From the human T2T-CHM13v2.0 reference genome, Homo sapiens, in NCBI RefSeq assembly GCF_009914755.1, contig NC_060937.1: a stretch of 64,000 nt of DNA; one strand, given 5' to 3'. The number at the start of each line of letters is the position of its first letter. The first letter of the stretch is position 1. Below are positions 12,321 through 31,483 of the stretch, one piece after another. Made by a program: the position numbers and the translations under genes. The notes under the pieces were generated by a model. That model had not been told where the DNA came from. It worked only from the letters and a program-made list of their open reading frames with translations, and did not search any database.

Positions 12321-12704
12321 TAAAATATTCAGCCACAAAGGGTTATGCCTTAGCCCTAATGGAATCTATGGGAAGAATATGCCATTTATGATGAGAGAGA
12401 ATGTGTCTCGAAAAAGTAGGCTGCATCAAACTCTAGGTCATGCAGGGTGCCAGGCCTTCATATAGCGTCTTATTGAGTTCTCTGCCTGTGATGCTGGAGA
12501 GAGGGGACATCTCGATGAAGCTGAGTGGCTGGGAAGGACACAGCTTAGTGGACAAATGGAGCAGAAAAGCTCCAGGTACCCCAGTTTACATCATTGTTGT
12601 AATAAAGATTCTAATCCTAGAGGGTGATATAATTAGATAAAAAACTTCCATGCCTTAAAGAAAACTATTCTTACCATATATTTTAATTCTAGGATGAAGA
12701 ATAG

Positions 12705-13034
<330 letters not shown>

Positions 13035-13176
13035 TAACATATAAAAATTTTAAGCACTTTGAAGCTTAAAAAACTTTTGCTGCTTAAAGTTGAATTCAGC
13101 AATTCTATCCATATATCTTTCTTTTCTACTGTAGATATTTGCTTTAGACTTTTTTTTTCCATTTAAAGAACAGTTA

Positions 13177-13385
13177 CAGCCTGGGCAACATAGCAAGACC
13201 CTATCTCTACAAAAAACTTAAAAAATAGCTGGGCATGATGGCACATACCTGTAGTCCCAGCTACTTAGGAGGCTGAGGTGGGAGGATCACTTGAGCTCAG
13301 GATTTTGAGCCTTCAGTGAACCATGATTGCACCACTGCCCTCCAGCCTGGAGGACAGAGTGAGACCCTGTCTCTTAAAGAAAAAG
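13177..13385 (+). mobile_element. 5'-truncated Alu (AluJ-like)
   Basis: end of left arm plus right arm. Confidence 0.88.
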
Positions 13386-13769
13386 TGAAGAGTGCTAGAT
13401 AATGTAAAATATTGGAGGGCTACTCTATTCTATCTTTATGACCAGTGTTAGAGTACAGCTAGTAGATTATGCTTGCTGTAAGGTGCTGGGGTATGTTAAT
13501 TATTACTTATGCACGGATGTTTCTAGTACAGTGGTGGAATCTTAACTTTCAGCTTCATTACATTCTTTTGCCACTTTTGCATTAGATCGTTGTGGCAAAA
13601 GCTACTGGAAAAGTCTGCCTTGAGGGGCTGACAGTTTGACTTGTTAGCCCCCCAAATTATTGCACTGGAGATGCCTTATTTTTCCTTTTGATTAACCATA
13701 GGGATGCTGAATGGTGTCCCTAAGCACAGAAGATTGTGTTTGACTTCCTCTTTTGGTTTAATCTTTTAG

Positions 13770-13985
<216 letters not shown>

Positions 13986-15115
13986 TAATATTTTAAAACA
14001 GTGAGATTTCATACCCTTTCAATTAATTTAAAGCCTTCCTTAGATTTAAGAAAAAAACCCTGAGCCCAAGGGCCTCAGATGAGGCTCAAAGCATGTGGCA
14101 TATTCTTTCTGTGCCTACTCTCTGCCAGGCAGGAGAAATGGTTTTAGCTGCATAAAATTGTCCAGAAAAGCAGAGGAGAGTTATCTGAGGTGTATACAAG
14201 CTAATACACTTGTTACAGAAATGTGTGTATGTGTATTTTTTTTTTTTTTTTGCTAACCACCTTCTAAGGAGCGTTCATTTGTTTTTAGAAAGTTGAGTGA
14301 AATGAACACTTATTCTTCCTTTAGAATATTCAGTGCCCTCCTGTCTATATTCTGTTATCTTTGTTCTTCTGGCATTTGTTATGTTGTTCTGGAGTTGTCT
14401 TTTGTTCTGATGTTGGAGAGCAGTTTCTACCTTCTGGCCATGTTTGTCTAGAGCCTCTTGCCAATGCCCCCTCCAACCCTGTAACCCAGCCTCTTGCAAT
14501 GTCCTTTATATTTTGACGACCCAAGGCTTGGAAGGACCTGATCATAGGAATCAACCCAAATTATTATAAATATGACAACTAAGTGTGACTGCTTCTTGGT
14601 TTCATTTAGCATACATAGCTATACTATGGGCTCCCCATTCTGAGTTTCTAAATTGTCACTCAGGTCTTTATTTACTCATTAAGTCATCCTTAAAAAAATT
14701 GATATGATAGGTTGCTGCTTTTTAAAATTTTACTCCTTCCTAATAGTCTGTAAAATACACTAGATTTATTTTACAAATAATAATAATAATACTTCCAATA
14801 ATAATACTTAACTACAAATGAGTAAGCTTTGGTTGTTATTTTAGCAACTTCCTTTCTGGGTATTGAGTTTCATAACAGGATCATGAGAGATATAATTACC
14901 TGCAACATTTTATAGAAAAAGCATTTTTTTTCTGTAGTGATGAATGTAAAATAAAGCTTTCTGTGGGTCCTTTTGGGGTAGATTAAGCCAATGGTAACCT
15001 TTGTTGTCTGTGTTTCTCAGTGAAGTAGTTCAAATTGGAGGAAAGGGAACATTTGATTTATTGTGGGTTCATGTTTAAGGGAAAAACTCATGCTTATTTT
15101 CCAGACTATCATTAA

Positions 15116-15307
<192 letters not shown>

Positions 15308-15954
15308 TAGAAGGTGGAAAATGCAGATGTTGCATTTAGGAAGTTCAAATTTGTCTATGAACCTAAATTTGGAAAGAACTGCCTTTATTTTAGTTTCTTA
15401 GGTAGCTTTTTCTAGATTTCTGTTCTCTTATCTGATATTTGTTACCGTATGCCTGAACTACAAATGGTCTTTGTTTTCTGGATTAGGGGAACAATCAATT
15501 CTAACTTATTTTATCTTCTGGACTTAAGCGGGAATTAGTTCTAACTTTTAAATTTCTCTTTCTACTTCTCCTCTTTATCCCATTAATTAGGATTTTATAG
15601 CAAATTGCCTTATTTAACTGAACTTTAGAGACTTTAAAATCAGTTATTTTTGAACCGTTTAGTTTTCATAGACCGAAGAAAAAAATGAAGTTAAAATGAT
15701 TTTGCTCTTTTTCCCTGTTAATGTTTTTTAAAAAACTGTTTGTGAATTTATAGGTCACATTGCTATTATGATGTATTTTGCCAGACACCTTTTGAAATTC
15801 TACAGAAATCAGTGTCCCTGTATGTCATTTCTTACATTTGTTTGGTATCACTTGGCATCTTATTTTTGCCAATGGTGGCTATTAATGAGAATTGGCTTTT
15901 CAGCTTGTCTGTTCTTTTGTATAACTTCTAAAATGCACATTTGGCTGTATTTCT

Positions 15955-16800
15955 TGATTTAAAAATATTTAGTGACCACGTACCAAGTCTAGTGCTAGAC
16001 CATATGGGTGCAATAGTGAAAGGCCCAGGCTTATCCTCGGGGAGCCAGTTGGGCTAAGGAGTAATATAGAATGACAAAGTAGAGAGAGAGATACTGGAAT
16101 GTGTGTCATTACTAAGTGCTGTCAGTGTGTATAGGAGGGTCATTCAACCTAGGCTGGAAGCCAGTGGACTACATGCTAAGAATGATTCCCGTGGCAGAAG
16201 CACATTTTAGATATCGAGCTAGGGAAGGGAGACTGTTGTGTTGGTCTCCTCTTTGAGGTCAAATGATAGTCAGATGAAAGAGGTAAGTATTAGAGGAGAT
16301 GAAGCAGTAGACGTTGGTGGCCACCGCAGCTAGTAAACACATTGGAGACAGGGAGGAGAGATGGGATTAGAAGGGTTGAGAGACTCCCTGAAGTTGAAGA
16401 GGATTGTTGGAGTTGCTGAGTGACAGGCTGATCAGTGGGTAGAATCTTGTCTTTGTATTTCTGGGGTAGAGAGTTTCTAGCATGGGAGACCTGGGAGTGA
16501 CTCGTGTGAGTAGGAAGACAAAGGCAGAGCTGTTGAAGGCCATTCAATGTTGACAAGTAAGGAACTGAGAGACTAAGGCATTTGATGGGCCAGTGCTGTG
16601 ATTTTGAAGATGCGATAATGGTGAAGCTGGGCCAGAAAGGAATGCCATGAGCCAGTTGTCAAGTCTTCTGTGAGTGACAGGGAGCAACTGAGAGGTGTGG
16701 CCTGGCTACGGGGGAGGGGCAGAAGGTAGTGTAGCCAAATGGCGTGAATTTTATGAGTGAGTTTTTTTTTTTTTTTTTTTTTAACATGGCATCCAAGGAA
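15955..16800. mobile_element. old L2-like fragments
   Basis: atatttagtgaccacgtaccaagtctagtgctag... and purine-rich L2-type sequence. Confidence 0.5.
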
Positions 16801-17263
16801 TAAAGGTCTAGAAGTATTACTAGGTCTTGAATATACATCCAGTAATGCTACCTTCAGAGGCCAAAGGATGCAGATGTCTACTGGCGCACCGTCTGCTTGG
16901 GGGTACTCAAGGGAGGCGTGTCCTTGACTTGTGAGGCAAGGAGGAGAGAGCTCTTGAGGGAGTGGGAGTACAGAGGGAAGTTCAGGAGCTGGAAGGGTAG
17001 GGGCCCAGGTGCAGTGGCCTGTTGCAGAGCTTGTGTGTTGAAGCAAGGCGGGAGGGCTCCATGGCAGCTAGAAAAATGAAGAGTTGGTGAATGCTGAGAG
17101 GCAGCTCTTGGGTGGATCAGGATTATTTAGTGTATCTGAAGTGTGCCTGATCCATCGCCCCTGCTAGGTCCTTATCCATTCACAAGGGCTGACTGGAATG
17201 CTTTAAGTTTATTGTTTCTGAGCGGCCTGCATATGAAGACTTTATCTTGATGAATAGTTTAGT

Positions 17264-17368
17264 GCTGTAGCCATGCAAGAACTCAGGAGGCTGAGATGGG
17301 TGGCTCATTGGGACCAGGAGTTTGAGACCAGCCTGGGTGACATAGTGAGACCCCATTTCAAAAAAAAA
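17264..17368 (+). mobile_element. FLAM-like Alu monomer
   Basis: monomer with poly-A; TSD aatagtttagt at 17253-63 and 17369-79. Confidence 0.85.
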
Positions 17369-17430
17369 AATAGTTTAGTACCCTGCTACCTAGAAAGTAT
17401 CCTTTAACTCCCATAGTGCAGTGTCAGTAA

Positions 17431-17884
<454 letters not shown>

Positions 17885-18674
17885 TAAATTTAAGCACTTT
17901 CCAATATTTCTTATACACTGGGTTTTTTTTTAACAGATTGTAATATGGTTTTTCTAGAGCATACATTGGTAATATAGCTTTTGCTCTAGAAAACCAATAT
18001 TACATGAGTTAATTAAACTATCTTTTAAAACGCTCCAGTCTTCTCTTCAGTGAGTAAGGCATGCACTGAGTTTGCATTTTGTGAGTGTGAGAGGCACTTT
18101 TCCTTGTCCCTAGGTGTGAGAAACCTCTTTGCAAGGCTTCTTGCATGTTGACTGCTCATGTATAGAATGATGGAAAACCCCAGAAACATCTGTGCTAGAC
18201 CTGCTGTGCCTTTAGGGCTGAAACAACAGGTAAAAATAATGAGCTTTCAAAAGGAATATAACACACATAGCTGGAAGCCATCCTGTTTGTGAAATAACAT
18301 TGTTTGTCTGTGCTTGTGCTACTTGACCACAGAGAGGAAACTCAATTGCTGTCGGGTTCTTCTACCTTTTTTTTTTTTTTTGAAGTCTCTCACCTCAATG
18401 CCTTTTGCCCTTCAAGTTTCCTTCAGTTCATGTTTAGTTTACTTACATGTAGAAATATTTATGTCTATAATTTCTATTAGTTGATTTAATGGGAAAAAGA
18501 GCGATTATCACACTAATTACAGTGAACATAATTACAACAAATCATGCACTATTTTGAGTGATGCACATATATCAATTCATTTATTCCTCACAATGGCTAG
18601 GTAGTATGTGCTCATTTTACAGATGAGGAGGCTTGCAGCATAGAGTCTCCTAGTAACCCAAGCTTACAAAACTA

Positions 18675-19592
<918 letters not shown>

Positions 19593-19793
19593 TTCTAACT
19601 AGAATTCAATGGCCTGTTTCTCAGGAGGGAATAAAATATCTAAGATACAGGTCTGATTTCAGCTTTTCAAAATCTGACATTTTGACCTGTTTCTATTTAT
19701 AAGTCCGTTACACTGAAGTAGCTGGGTTCTTCAAGAATTTTATGGAAGAATTTATAATACTTGTAGGAATTTAACATTAAAAGCTCATCATTG

Positions 19794-20122
<329 letters not shown>

Positions 20123-21029
20123 TCATTGCAAGTAAAAATGTTCAGGGGGTGGGAGTCAGTAGGCCAAGGTTGGCTTTCCACAAAGTGCACATGTTGAAGC
20201 TTGAAGTTTTGGGATTGTTCCTCTTCTGTTAGATGAAAGATAAAGTTTTCTAATCCTCCTAATTGGCCAGAATTCAGCCACTGAAAAAGATAAAAAGTCA
20301 ATAATAAATGGGGTATAGAAATGAGGTTTATGATAATTTTTTTCCTGCCTGTACATTTAGTGAATATTTATTAAGAATGATGAGATCTTGCTTAGTTTTT
20401 AAGAGTTAGGATGACCAGTCCTGGACCTGGCCTGCTGGCCCTTACGTTGAGGCCAGACCTGGATGTGTCGTCTCAGTTGACCTTGATACAGTATTTGATT
20501 GATGATAAGTTGGCCTTTACTAATGGATTTCCATTTAGACTCCTGAGGATTTTTAAGTCCGTAAAGGATGAATAATTTAGACAAATAAAGTAAAAGGGAA
20601 AAAATAGAAATAAAGGAAAAAGCTGCTGTGTTGTTTAGATATTTAAAGGACTTAGCTTTTCAAAATCACCAGTACAATCCCCCAACTCCTCTGCCCCCAA
20701 AGAAAACTGTGGGGAGATAGTATTTTTGGTTTGCCAATAGAATTCAAATAACAATTTCAGTGATGTGGTATAAATTTTTCTTGGAGCTTAGGAGTGAATT
20801 GCCTCATGTTTTCATCTCAGTTTTATTTTCACATTGTGACTTTATTTGTATTCTTATCTTTGGAGACATTTTCATCCTAGCTCTTTTAATGATCAGATCA
20901 ATGGAGACTAGTGAAGGAGAATGCTGACTTAAGTTTGGCACAAGGTACCATTTTTATGGTTAGTGCCTTACAAACTCTCAGATTATCCAAACTTGGCAAA
21001 TTGGTGTTGTCTCTTAAAAGTCCGGGCCC

Positions 21030-21343
<314 letters not shown>

Positions 21344-21511
21344 TCATGGAAGGAGACCTGCAGGCTGACACTCCTGTGTGAGCCTCTCCCTGTCCAATTC
21401 CTGACTTCTGATTTAAGTCAGGAATTATTTCACCCCCAGGAATGGATTATAAATAATTCCCCTGTGGCTTTCCTCTCTTCAGTGTCTCCTTCCCCAACCT
21501 GCTGTTATTAC

Positions 21512-22252
<741 letters not shown>

Positions 22253-23189
22253 AGTACCTTCAGATATTTTTTAATAAAATGACTTCAGGTGCATAACTGT
22301 CTTTCTCAAACAGTTGTGTTGACTTTCCCATGGCTGAGAGGATCTAGTCCCAAATGTTCCACCTGAACTGGAGTGATTCTTGAATCTAGCCTTAATGAAT
22401 CTTTCTATACTCTCCTGCCAACACTGGCCTCAGCTCCACCTGGGCTGGTTTCCCCCCAGCAGTGAGAAGGCAGGTGCTAAGCCTGTGATAAGGTTGCCAT
22501 TCTCCTTCCGTTTCTCCTTTGCTGTCTACATCATTCAGGATGCCACTCAGCTTTCTCCTGTCCAGGCCCTTCCTGACTCTTCTTGGTCCTGCTTCTTGTT
22601 CCCAGTTCTCCAAGTGAACTTTTTGTCCATCCACTTATTTTGAAACCCTCTAATGTTCTGTTTTGCATTATTGATATGTATGTGTTTGTGTATGTCTTTT
22701 TTATTCCTCAAATTCTGAGCTCCAGGAGGAAAAATATGTGCTTTAGAAATATCTCTGTGTATTTATTGCAGAGCTGTGCTATTATCGTGAAGGTCTTCTC
22801 TAGATTTTTATGGTATGGAATGTCTAAGTTTCTCTTGAATTACCAGTGTTCTGATTTCTTTGAAACTGGACTATATTTAGAACCTGTTGTGTTCTAAGAT
22901 AAGGAAAGTGACAATTATATGCTAAGATATAATCATAAGAAGTACAGAATGAATCATGTAATGTTGGAATGTGTTCTTTAAACTGGTAGAGTATGTTGTC
23001 TTTCTTCATTACTTAAAACTAGCTATTGATTCAGGAGCATGGTACACTTTTGAATTGCATTGATTATTTGGCAAAAAAATAGTCTTTTACTTGTTGGTTG
23101 TTAAATATGGTTGTTTTACCTCCTTTCCCCCAACCCCTTGCCCCAAATCTGTTCTGTGACCCTTACTGACTTTCAATGCTGTTGTGTAG

Positions 23190-23402
<213 letters not shown>

Positions 23403-23782
23403 TGAGATGTTCTTGCAGCCATGGTTGAAGTGTGGTGTCCCTGCCGTCCTTCTGTTCCCTTTGGTTACTGTACATAATGCCAGCCTTTCAAGGAGAATTG
23501 AGATTAGGATCATGTGATGAAATGAAGATGGGCACATTTGGGACTTGTCTTATACTCAAATGGTTATTTTTAAACTCTGTGTTAAAGTATTTTCTTAGTG
23601 GTTGCCCTAGGAATTACAATGTATTTCCCAATTTATCCAAATCTACTTTTGATTAATACTAACAATTCTAGTCAAACACAGAAATGTCACTCCAGCGTAC
23701 CTCCATTTCCTCTCCTGCTTGGTGCTGTCATTGTTATATTCCATTTATCTGTGTTGTCAACTCCAAAATAGTGTTATAATAA

Positions 23783-24138
<356 letters not shown>

Positions 24139-25598
24139 AGGGTTGTTTTATATTAACATATTTACTTACCATTTCCAGGTCTCGCTCTTCATTTCTTCCT
24201 TTGGATTTAACAGCTGGTGTCATTTCTTTGCTTCATGTATCTTCATTCTCTCCTCACTCCTTTGCACTGTCATATATATTACATCTGTATATAAGTTCAA
24301 CAATGCAATTTTATGATGCTTTTAGCAATTGCTTTTTTAAAATTGGGAATATATAATTATACTATCTTTTATAAATCCTGTAGAATTATCATTACTAGTG
24401 TCCTTTGTTTTTGTGGATTTTAATTACTGTCTGGTATTTCTTTCATCCTGGAGAACTTCTTTAGTATTTCTTGTATTTGTAATTGTCAGGTAGATATTTG
24501 TTTATACCTTACAGATATTTGTAACTATTGGAACTTAGAGATCCTATTTAGAAACTCCTTAATTCTACAGGAGAACAAGAGAGCAAAGTAATATGTCAGG
24601 AAGAAAAGCAACCAGCAGGAAAAGTGGAAGGGTTGGTAGTGAGTAGGAAGTGAAGGGATTGTGGAAAGGTAAAATTACTGGCCAGCATATGCCTGCTCCC
24701 CCTGTACCTTCCCAGCTCCTTGTCTTTCCATCACAGCCACGCTTCAAAACTCTAAATTGGAATCAGACTACCACCATTTGATGTAATTTCCTGGGAAAAA
24801 ACCTAGTAACTATGGTTTGGAGCCATTACAAATTATCAGTCTCCCTCCAATCCCAGCCTTCTGCTATCTTTATTCTCATTCTAGTTCCCTTCACAGCTTT
24901 AATATCAGTTAAACGCTGTTGCAACCTTCTCCTTAAGCCTCTTGCTAAGTTAAGAAGATCTCACTACTTTACCCTTCAAGCAGAAGATCATGGCTGTCAA
25001 GGAAAGAACTTTCCCTTTGATACCCCCAGACCTTGTCCCCCTCTCCCTCCCCCATTCTCTGTTCCTCCTGGAGCTGATGCTGCCTCTGCTGTGGACTCCA
25101 TCCCCTAGGGTCCTGTTCCATCCTTAGGGAACTTGTTCCGTCCAGATATCCCTTCTCTTATCTTTAGCTGGGCTCAAGCCTTCTCTCTCTTTGTCTGCTT
25201 CTCTTGTTCACACTTTTGTCCATCTTTCCAGCTCTTTGGAGTATCCCCAATATACACGTACCTTAGTGAGCTTGTAGGTGTTCCTTACAACCATTTCAAA
25301 GGCCTGTCTTCTTTTCTACATTCTTTCAAGTTTGCTTCTTTTCTCTGTTCTTCAAAACTTGAAAGCAGCATTTCTTCTTCTGGATGGCCTTCAGTGACCA
25401 TGCCTTCCCATTAGAAAGCCTTCTGTGTTGGTTCCCGCTACGTCCTGTGAGCCTCTCTTTAGCGGATGCATCCTGCTGTGCAGTCGCATTGTGGGGCCTG
25501 TGTGCCTCCTACAGAAAGCAGCCTTTGAACTCACCGTTCCTGACATGCAGGAGGTGCTCAATAACTATTTTAACATGAATCTCTAAATGAGCCAATAG

Positions 25599-25889
<291 letters not shown>

Positions 25890-26363
25890 TAAACTGGCCA
25901 TACAAAGAACTGGCCAGGGATCACCAGTGAGGGTGTTTTTGGGGAATGGAAGGGCAGTGGTACCTATTCAAGGGGTTGTTGTGAGGATTGGTCAGAGAAT
26001 GGGGTGGAATGCTGAGCCAGTGCCTGTCATCTGGCTGCACCTGCTATTCACGCTTTTAACATCTAATTAAGGCTGAAGAAAAGGCCTCTTGGGTGTGTTT
26101 ACTATAGTGGTCACTCGCATATCAAAATTCATTGTGATAGTCAACTTGGATTTGATTGTAAGGGTGGAGATAAGATATTTAAAGGACTGCCATGGCTCTT
26201 AAGTAGTGGACTTTAGCAGCCAGTATTTGTAGACCAGGCACTTTGATGTGCATTTTTATTTGATCTTCACAGCAATCCCGTCAGCAAGGTGAGAATCATG
26301 AGTTAGTCTAGGTTGTGAAATGATTATTTTGAAATCAAATCATATCTATATAAATATAAATCA

Positions 26364-26378
26364 TGTGTGTGTGTGTGT

Positions 26379-26412
<34 letters not shown>
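26364..26412. repeat. (TG)n microsatellite
   Basis: directly visible. Confidence 0.95.
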
Positions 26413-26413
<1 letters not shown>

Positions 26414-26414
<1 letters not shown>

Positions 26415-26705
26415 TTCTTTTTTAGATGAAGTCTTGTGCTGTCACCCAGGTTGGAGTAAAGTGGTGTGATCTCAGCTCACTGCAACTTCCATCTCTTGGG
26501 TTCAAGCGATTCTCATGCGTCAGCCTCCCTGAGTAGCTGGGATTACAGACATGCACCACCATGCCTGGCTAATTTTTGTATTTTGAGTAAAGACAGGGTT
26601 TCACCATGTTGGCCAGGCTGGTCTCGAACTCCTGACTTCAAGTGATCTGGCCACTTCGGCCTCCCAAAGTGGTGGGATTACAGGCATGAACCACTGCGCC
26701 CAGCC
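26414..26705 (-). mobile_element. Alu (AluS-like)
   Basis: antisense full-length Alu. Confidence 0.93.
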
Positions 26706-26782
26706 AAAATCAGCATTTCTATTAAAATAAAAGGGTTTTAGATTACCCATTCTTAGCTTCTTTTCTGTGTTAATCTGAATGA

Positions 26783-26956
<174 letters not shown>

Positions 26957-27450
26957 TGAGGGAAAATGAGTGTTAGCAGAAGAACCATGGAAAGATTTTG
27001 CAAAAATACTTCTCCATGAACATGGCTAGAACATCTGAAGAGCTATATAATACTTTTGAATGTGCCAGTAAATATAAGCGTTACTCAGTTTTGTCTTGCT
27101 TTTTGAGACACAGCTATGTCGTATCACCCAGAAGTAACCAGAAAAAAAAAAGAAGTAATATAAAAAATACAGTGCAACATCATTTGGGACGCTTAAAAAA
27201 GTGTTATCAGAAGCAAATAACGGGGAAAACGATGGCTGAGATACTTAGATATTGAGTAACCCTACAAAACGTGTGGGGGCCAATTTAAAGGACATGCATT
27301 TCTCGCATGTTCCGAATTTTGTCTCTGGAATATTCTAGGGAACAGTATCTTTTCCACCTTTACCCCTGAACTCCTCTTGCCTTTACTAAGTTGGGCTTTG
27401 CATTATGTCTGTGTCTGACATTGACATTCCTGTAAGGAATAACCTCTTTT

Positions 27451-28493
27451 TAAATGTTTAATTTAATTTAATTTATTTTTTCAATATTTATTTTAGATTC
27501 AGGGGGTAAATGTGCAGGTCTGTTTTGTGGGTATATTATGTGGTGCTGAGGTTTGGAATATGAATGATCCCATCACTCATGTACCTGAGCATAGTACCCA
27601 ACAGTTTTTCAACGCTTTTCCCCAACCCCATCTAGTAGTCCCCAGTGTCTCTTGTTCCCATATTTATGTCCTTGAGTATGCAATGTTTAGCTCCCACTTA
27701 ATAAGTGAGAATATGTGGTATTTGGCTTTCTGTTCTTGCATTAATTCTCTTAAGATAATGGCCTCCAGCTCCATATGGGCATGTTGCTGCAAAGAACATG
27801 ATTTCATTTTTTTTCTGGCTATGTATTCCATGGTGTATATGTACCACATTTTCTTTATCCAATCCACTGTTGATGGGCATCTAGGTTGAGTCCATGTCTT
27901 TGCTATTGTGAATAGTGCTGTGATAAAGATGCTGCATGTCTTTTTGTTAGAACCATTTGTGTTCTTTTGGATATATACCCAGTAATGGGATTGCTAGGTC
28001 AAATGGTAGTTCTGTATTAAGTTCTTTGAGAAATCTTCATACTGCTTTCCACAGTGGCTGAACTAATGTATACTCCCACCAATAGTGGATAAGTGTTCCC
28101 TTTTCTGTGCAGCATTGCCAGCATCTGTTGTTTTTTGACTTTTTAATGATAACCATTCTGACTGGTGTGAGATGGTATCTCATTGTGGTTTTGATTTGCA
28201 CTCCTCTGATGATTAGTGATGTGGAGCATTGTTTCATATGTTTTTTGGCCACTTGCATGTTTCTTTGGAGAATGTCTGTTCATGTCTTTTGCTCATTTTT
28301 TTAATGGGGTTGTTTGGTTTTTGCTTGTTCAGTTGTTTAAGTTGCTTATAGATTCTGGATATTAGACCTTTGTCGGATGTATAATTTGCAAATATTTTCT
28401 CCCATTCTGTAGGTTGTCTGTTTACTCTGTTGGTAGTTTCTTTTGTTGTCCAGAAGCTCTTTAGTTTAATTAGGTCCTACTTGTTGATTTTTG
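27451..28493 (-). mobile_element. 5'-truncated old L1PA (L1PA15/16-like)
   Basis: minus-strand ORF2 C-terminal remnants ([12 protein letters not shown]); TSD aggaMtaacctctttt at 27435-50 and 28494-509. Confidence 0.9.
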
Positions 28494-29758
28494 AGGACTA
28501 ACCTCTTTTGAATGCCTTTTGCCATTAAAGATTTTGACTTCATTTCATACACCCTATTCAAACCCACCAGGAACCCTAAGGGGAGGGTGCTGTACCTTCA
28601 TTTTATAGAGAAGGAAAGGAGTAACTTATCGAAGGACACCTGGTTATTCAGTGTCAGATTGGGGACTTCGGGTTGTCTGTCGAGATCTGGCTGTTCCAAG
28701 CTTCCCTGCCTGGTGAAGGAATACTACCATGTTGCATCTCCCCTGCTCCTCATTATCCCTCTGTGAAAATGCAGGCGACATGGCTCATTGATCTGAGGGT
28801 TAGAAAAACTCCCTTATGGAGGTAGGCTTGCTTTCTTCATTTTTCTTTCCTCGAGGATAGAGTGAATTCTGTGATGGTTTGTGTATCATTTTTGAGTTTA
28901 TTGCCAGAAAACTGAGGTTCAAATTTGTAGACTAAAATAGACCTTTGTAGACAAAAAAAAGCAAGTGATTGTGTTTCTTTGATATAATTTTCCAAACCTA
29001 CTTAATTTTTGTCTTTATCTTTCCTTAAATTGTGTATATTCATATAAGTGCTCTAAATTCTTAGTATAACAGGATGGATTGTTATTACAGAGAATGTCCT
29101 TGGCACAGAGCACAAATCCTCCCATTGCCTTTGGGGCTCTGGTCACAAAGGGCTGAATACAGCACCCAGAGCAGGCCTTGGACCTTGGGCTGTCAATCCT
29201 CATTTTTTTTTCTTTTTTTTGGCTTATGTTCTCTCATTCTAGAATGGCTTTGTCATTTCCTTTATCTGTTGGTAAAATCCTTCTCCTGTAAGAATCAGTG
29301 AGTTCTTGGTGCATATCAGGCTAAATTTGCCTTCTCTTTGAACTCTTCTCCAGTTTTCCGGGCTTGGTTAGTCTGTCTTCTATGTTCCCATAACAGTCTT
29401 CCAAACATAAATACAGTAAAATAAGGGGTATGAGTGATGTAGTGTCCATTTCTCTCTGGAGACTTTGTGAGGGCGTGGGTGTGCCCTATACAGGTCTTTG
29501 GTTGCCTTTGTTAGTTTAGCACAGTGTGCAGTATATAATTGTTTGCAGGTGTCATTGAACTGGACCTGAATAATTTAAGGATTGAAAGTGTTCAAGAAGT
29601 ACCCATGGATGCTTCAGTAGTTCATCCTAATTGAGGATATGGGGAAAGTTTGCATGAGGAAGAAATTTTGAGTTGGAACTTTAAGGATAAGTTAAAATTT
29701 AGTAGGCAAAGTGATAGCAAATCTTAATAAGCCCTTATTATAAAATGTTCATTAAAAA

Positions 29759-30128
<370 letters not shown>

Positions 30129-30823
30129 TAAATTTTCCATACCCCTAGACTTACTGCATGTAAAAACTTGTTTAAAGTATAAATTAGCCCTAAGGTACGA
30201 ATAGTATATGTAGATGTAGTATTTGACTTCTTTAGGAGCTTTAATAACTTGAAGTCCCTTTGATTGTTTTCAAAAAACTTCCCAGTGTATGTTTATATTG
30301 TATCATTAAGAAAAATTACTGAGTAAGCAATTCATGTAATCAGTCCCTCTTCTATACAACAGTAAAACACTGCTTCCCTAGACCAGTTCTCTGGGATCTC
30401 TGGAAGGTATCTAGCACTCAGCAAGTCCTGACGCCTTTTTGGAAGACCACTGAGAAACTGGAGTTTCCTCTGGAGGCAATTCTGTTAATTACTCTCCCTC
30501 ACTAATCCATGACATAATTTCTCAAATGTTACGTGTAGAATGATGGTGCATATAATTCAGTAGCACATCATTCAGTCAGAGCTCTTATTGCAACTCCCTC
30601 TGCATATTTCGGTACACTTTGATTATATAATTAGTTATGGAAGAAGGTTTGTAAGTGGTCTAAACATTAAAATATTAATATATTTTTTGTTACTAATTTG
30701 CTTGCTTTAGGGAAATCTACCTGTTTCATACAGGTTTTGAAAAATATAGAAGGAAAGACTTCATTTGTTGATCTTTGCATCTCAATACTTCCTGATGTAT
30801 ATTTCTTTTATTCTTTGGTTTAG

Positions 30824-31012
<189 letters not shown>

Positions 31013-31101
31013 TGAAAGGATAAAGTAGTTACTATGGAATGTGTTTGTAACTGAATGGATCCCAAATTAAACTCTGAACAGTTAAAACATGGTTTATTTC
31101 T

Positions 31102-31483
<382 letters not shown>

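Noticed and set aside
16573-17046. Longest ORF in the track (157 aa, minus strand)
   Set aside because: Runs through a homopolymer tract and L2-like sequence; no recognisable domain.
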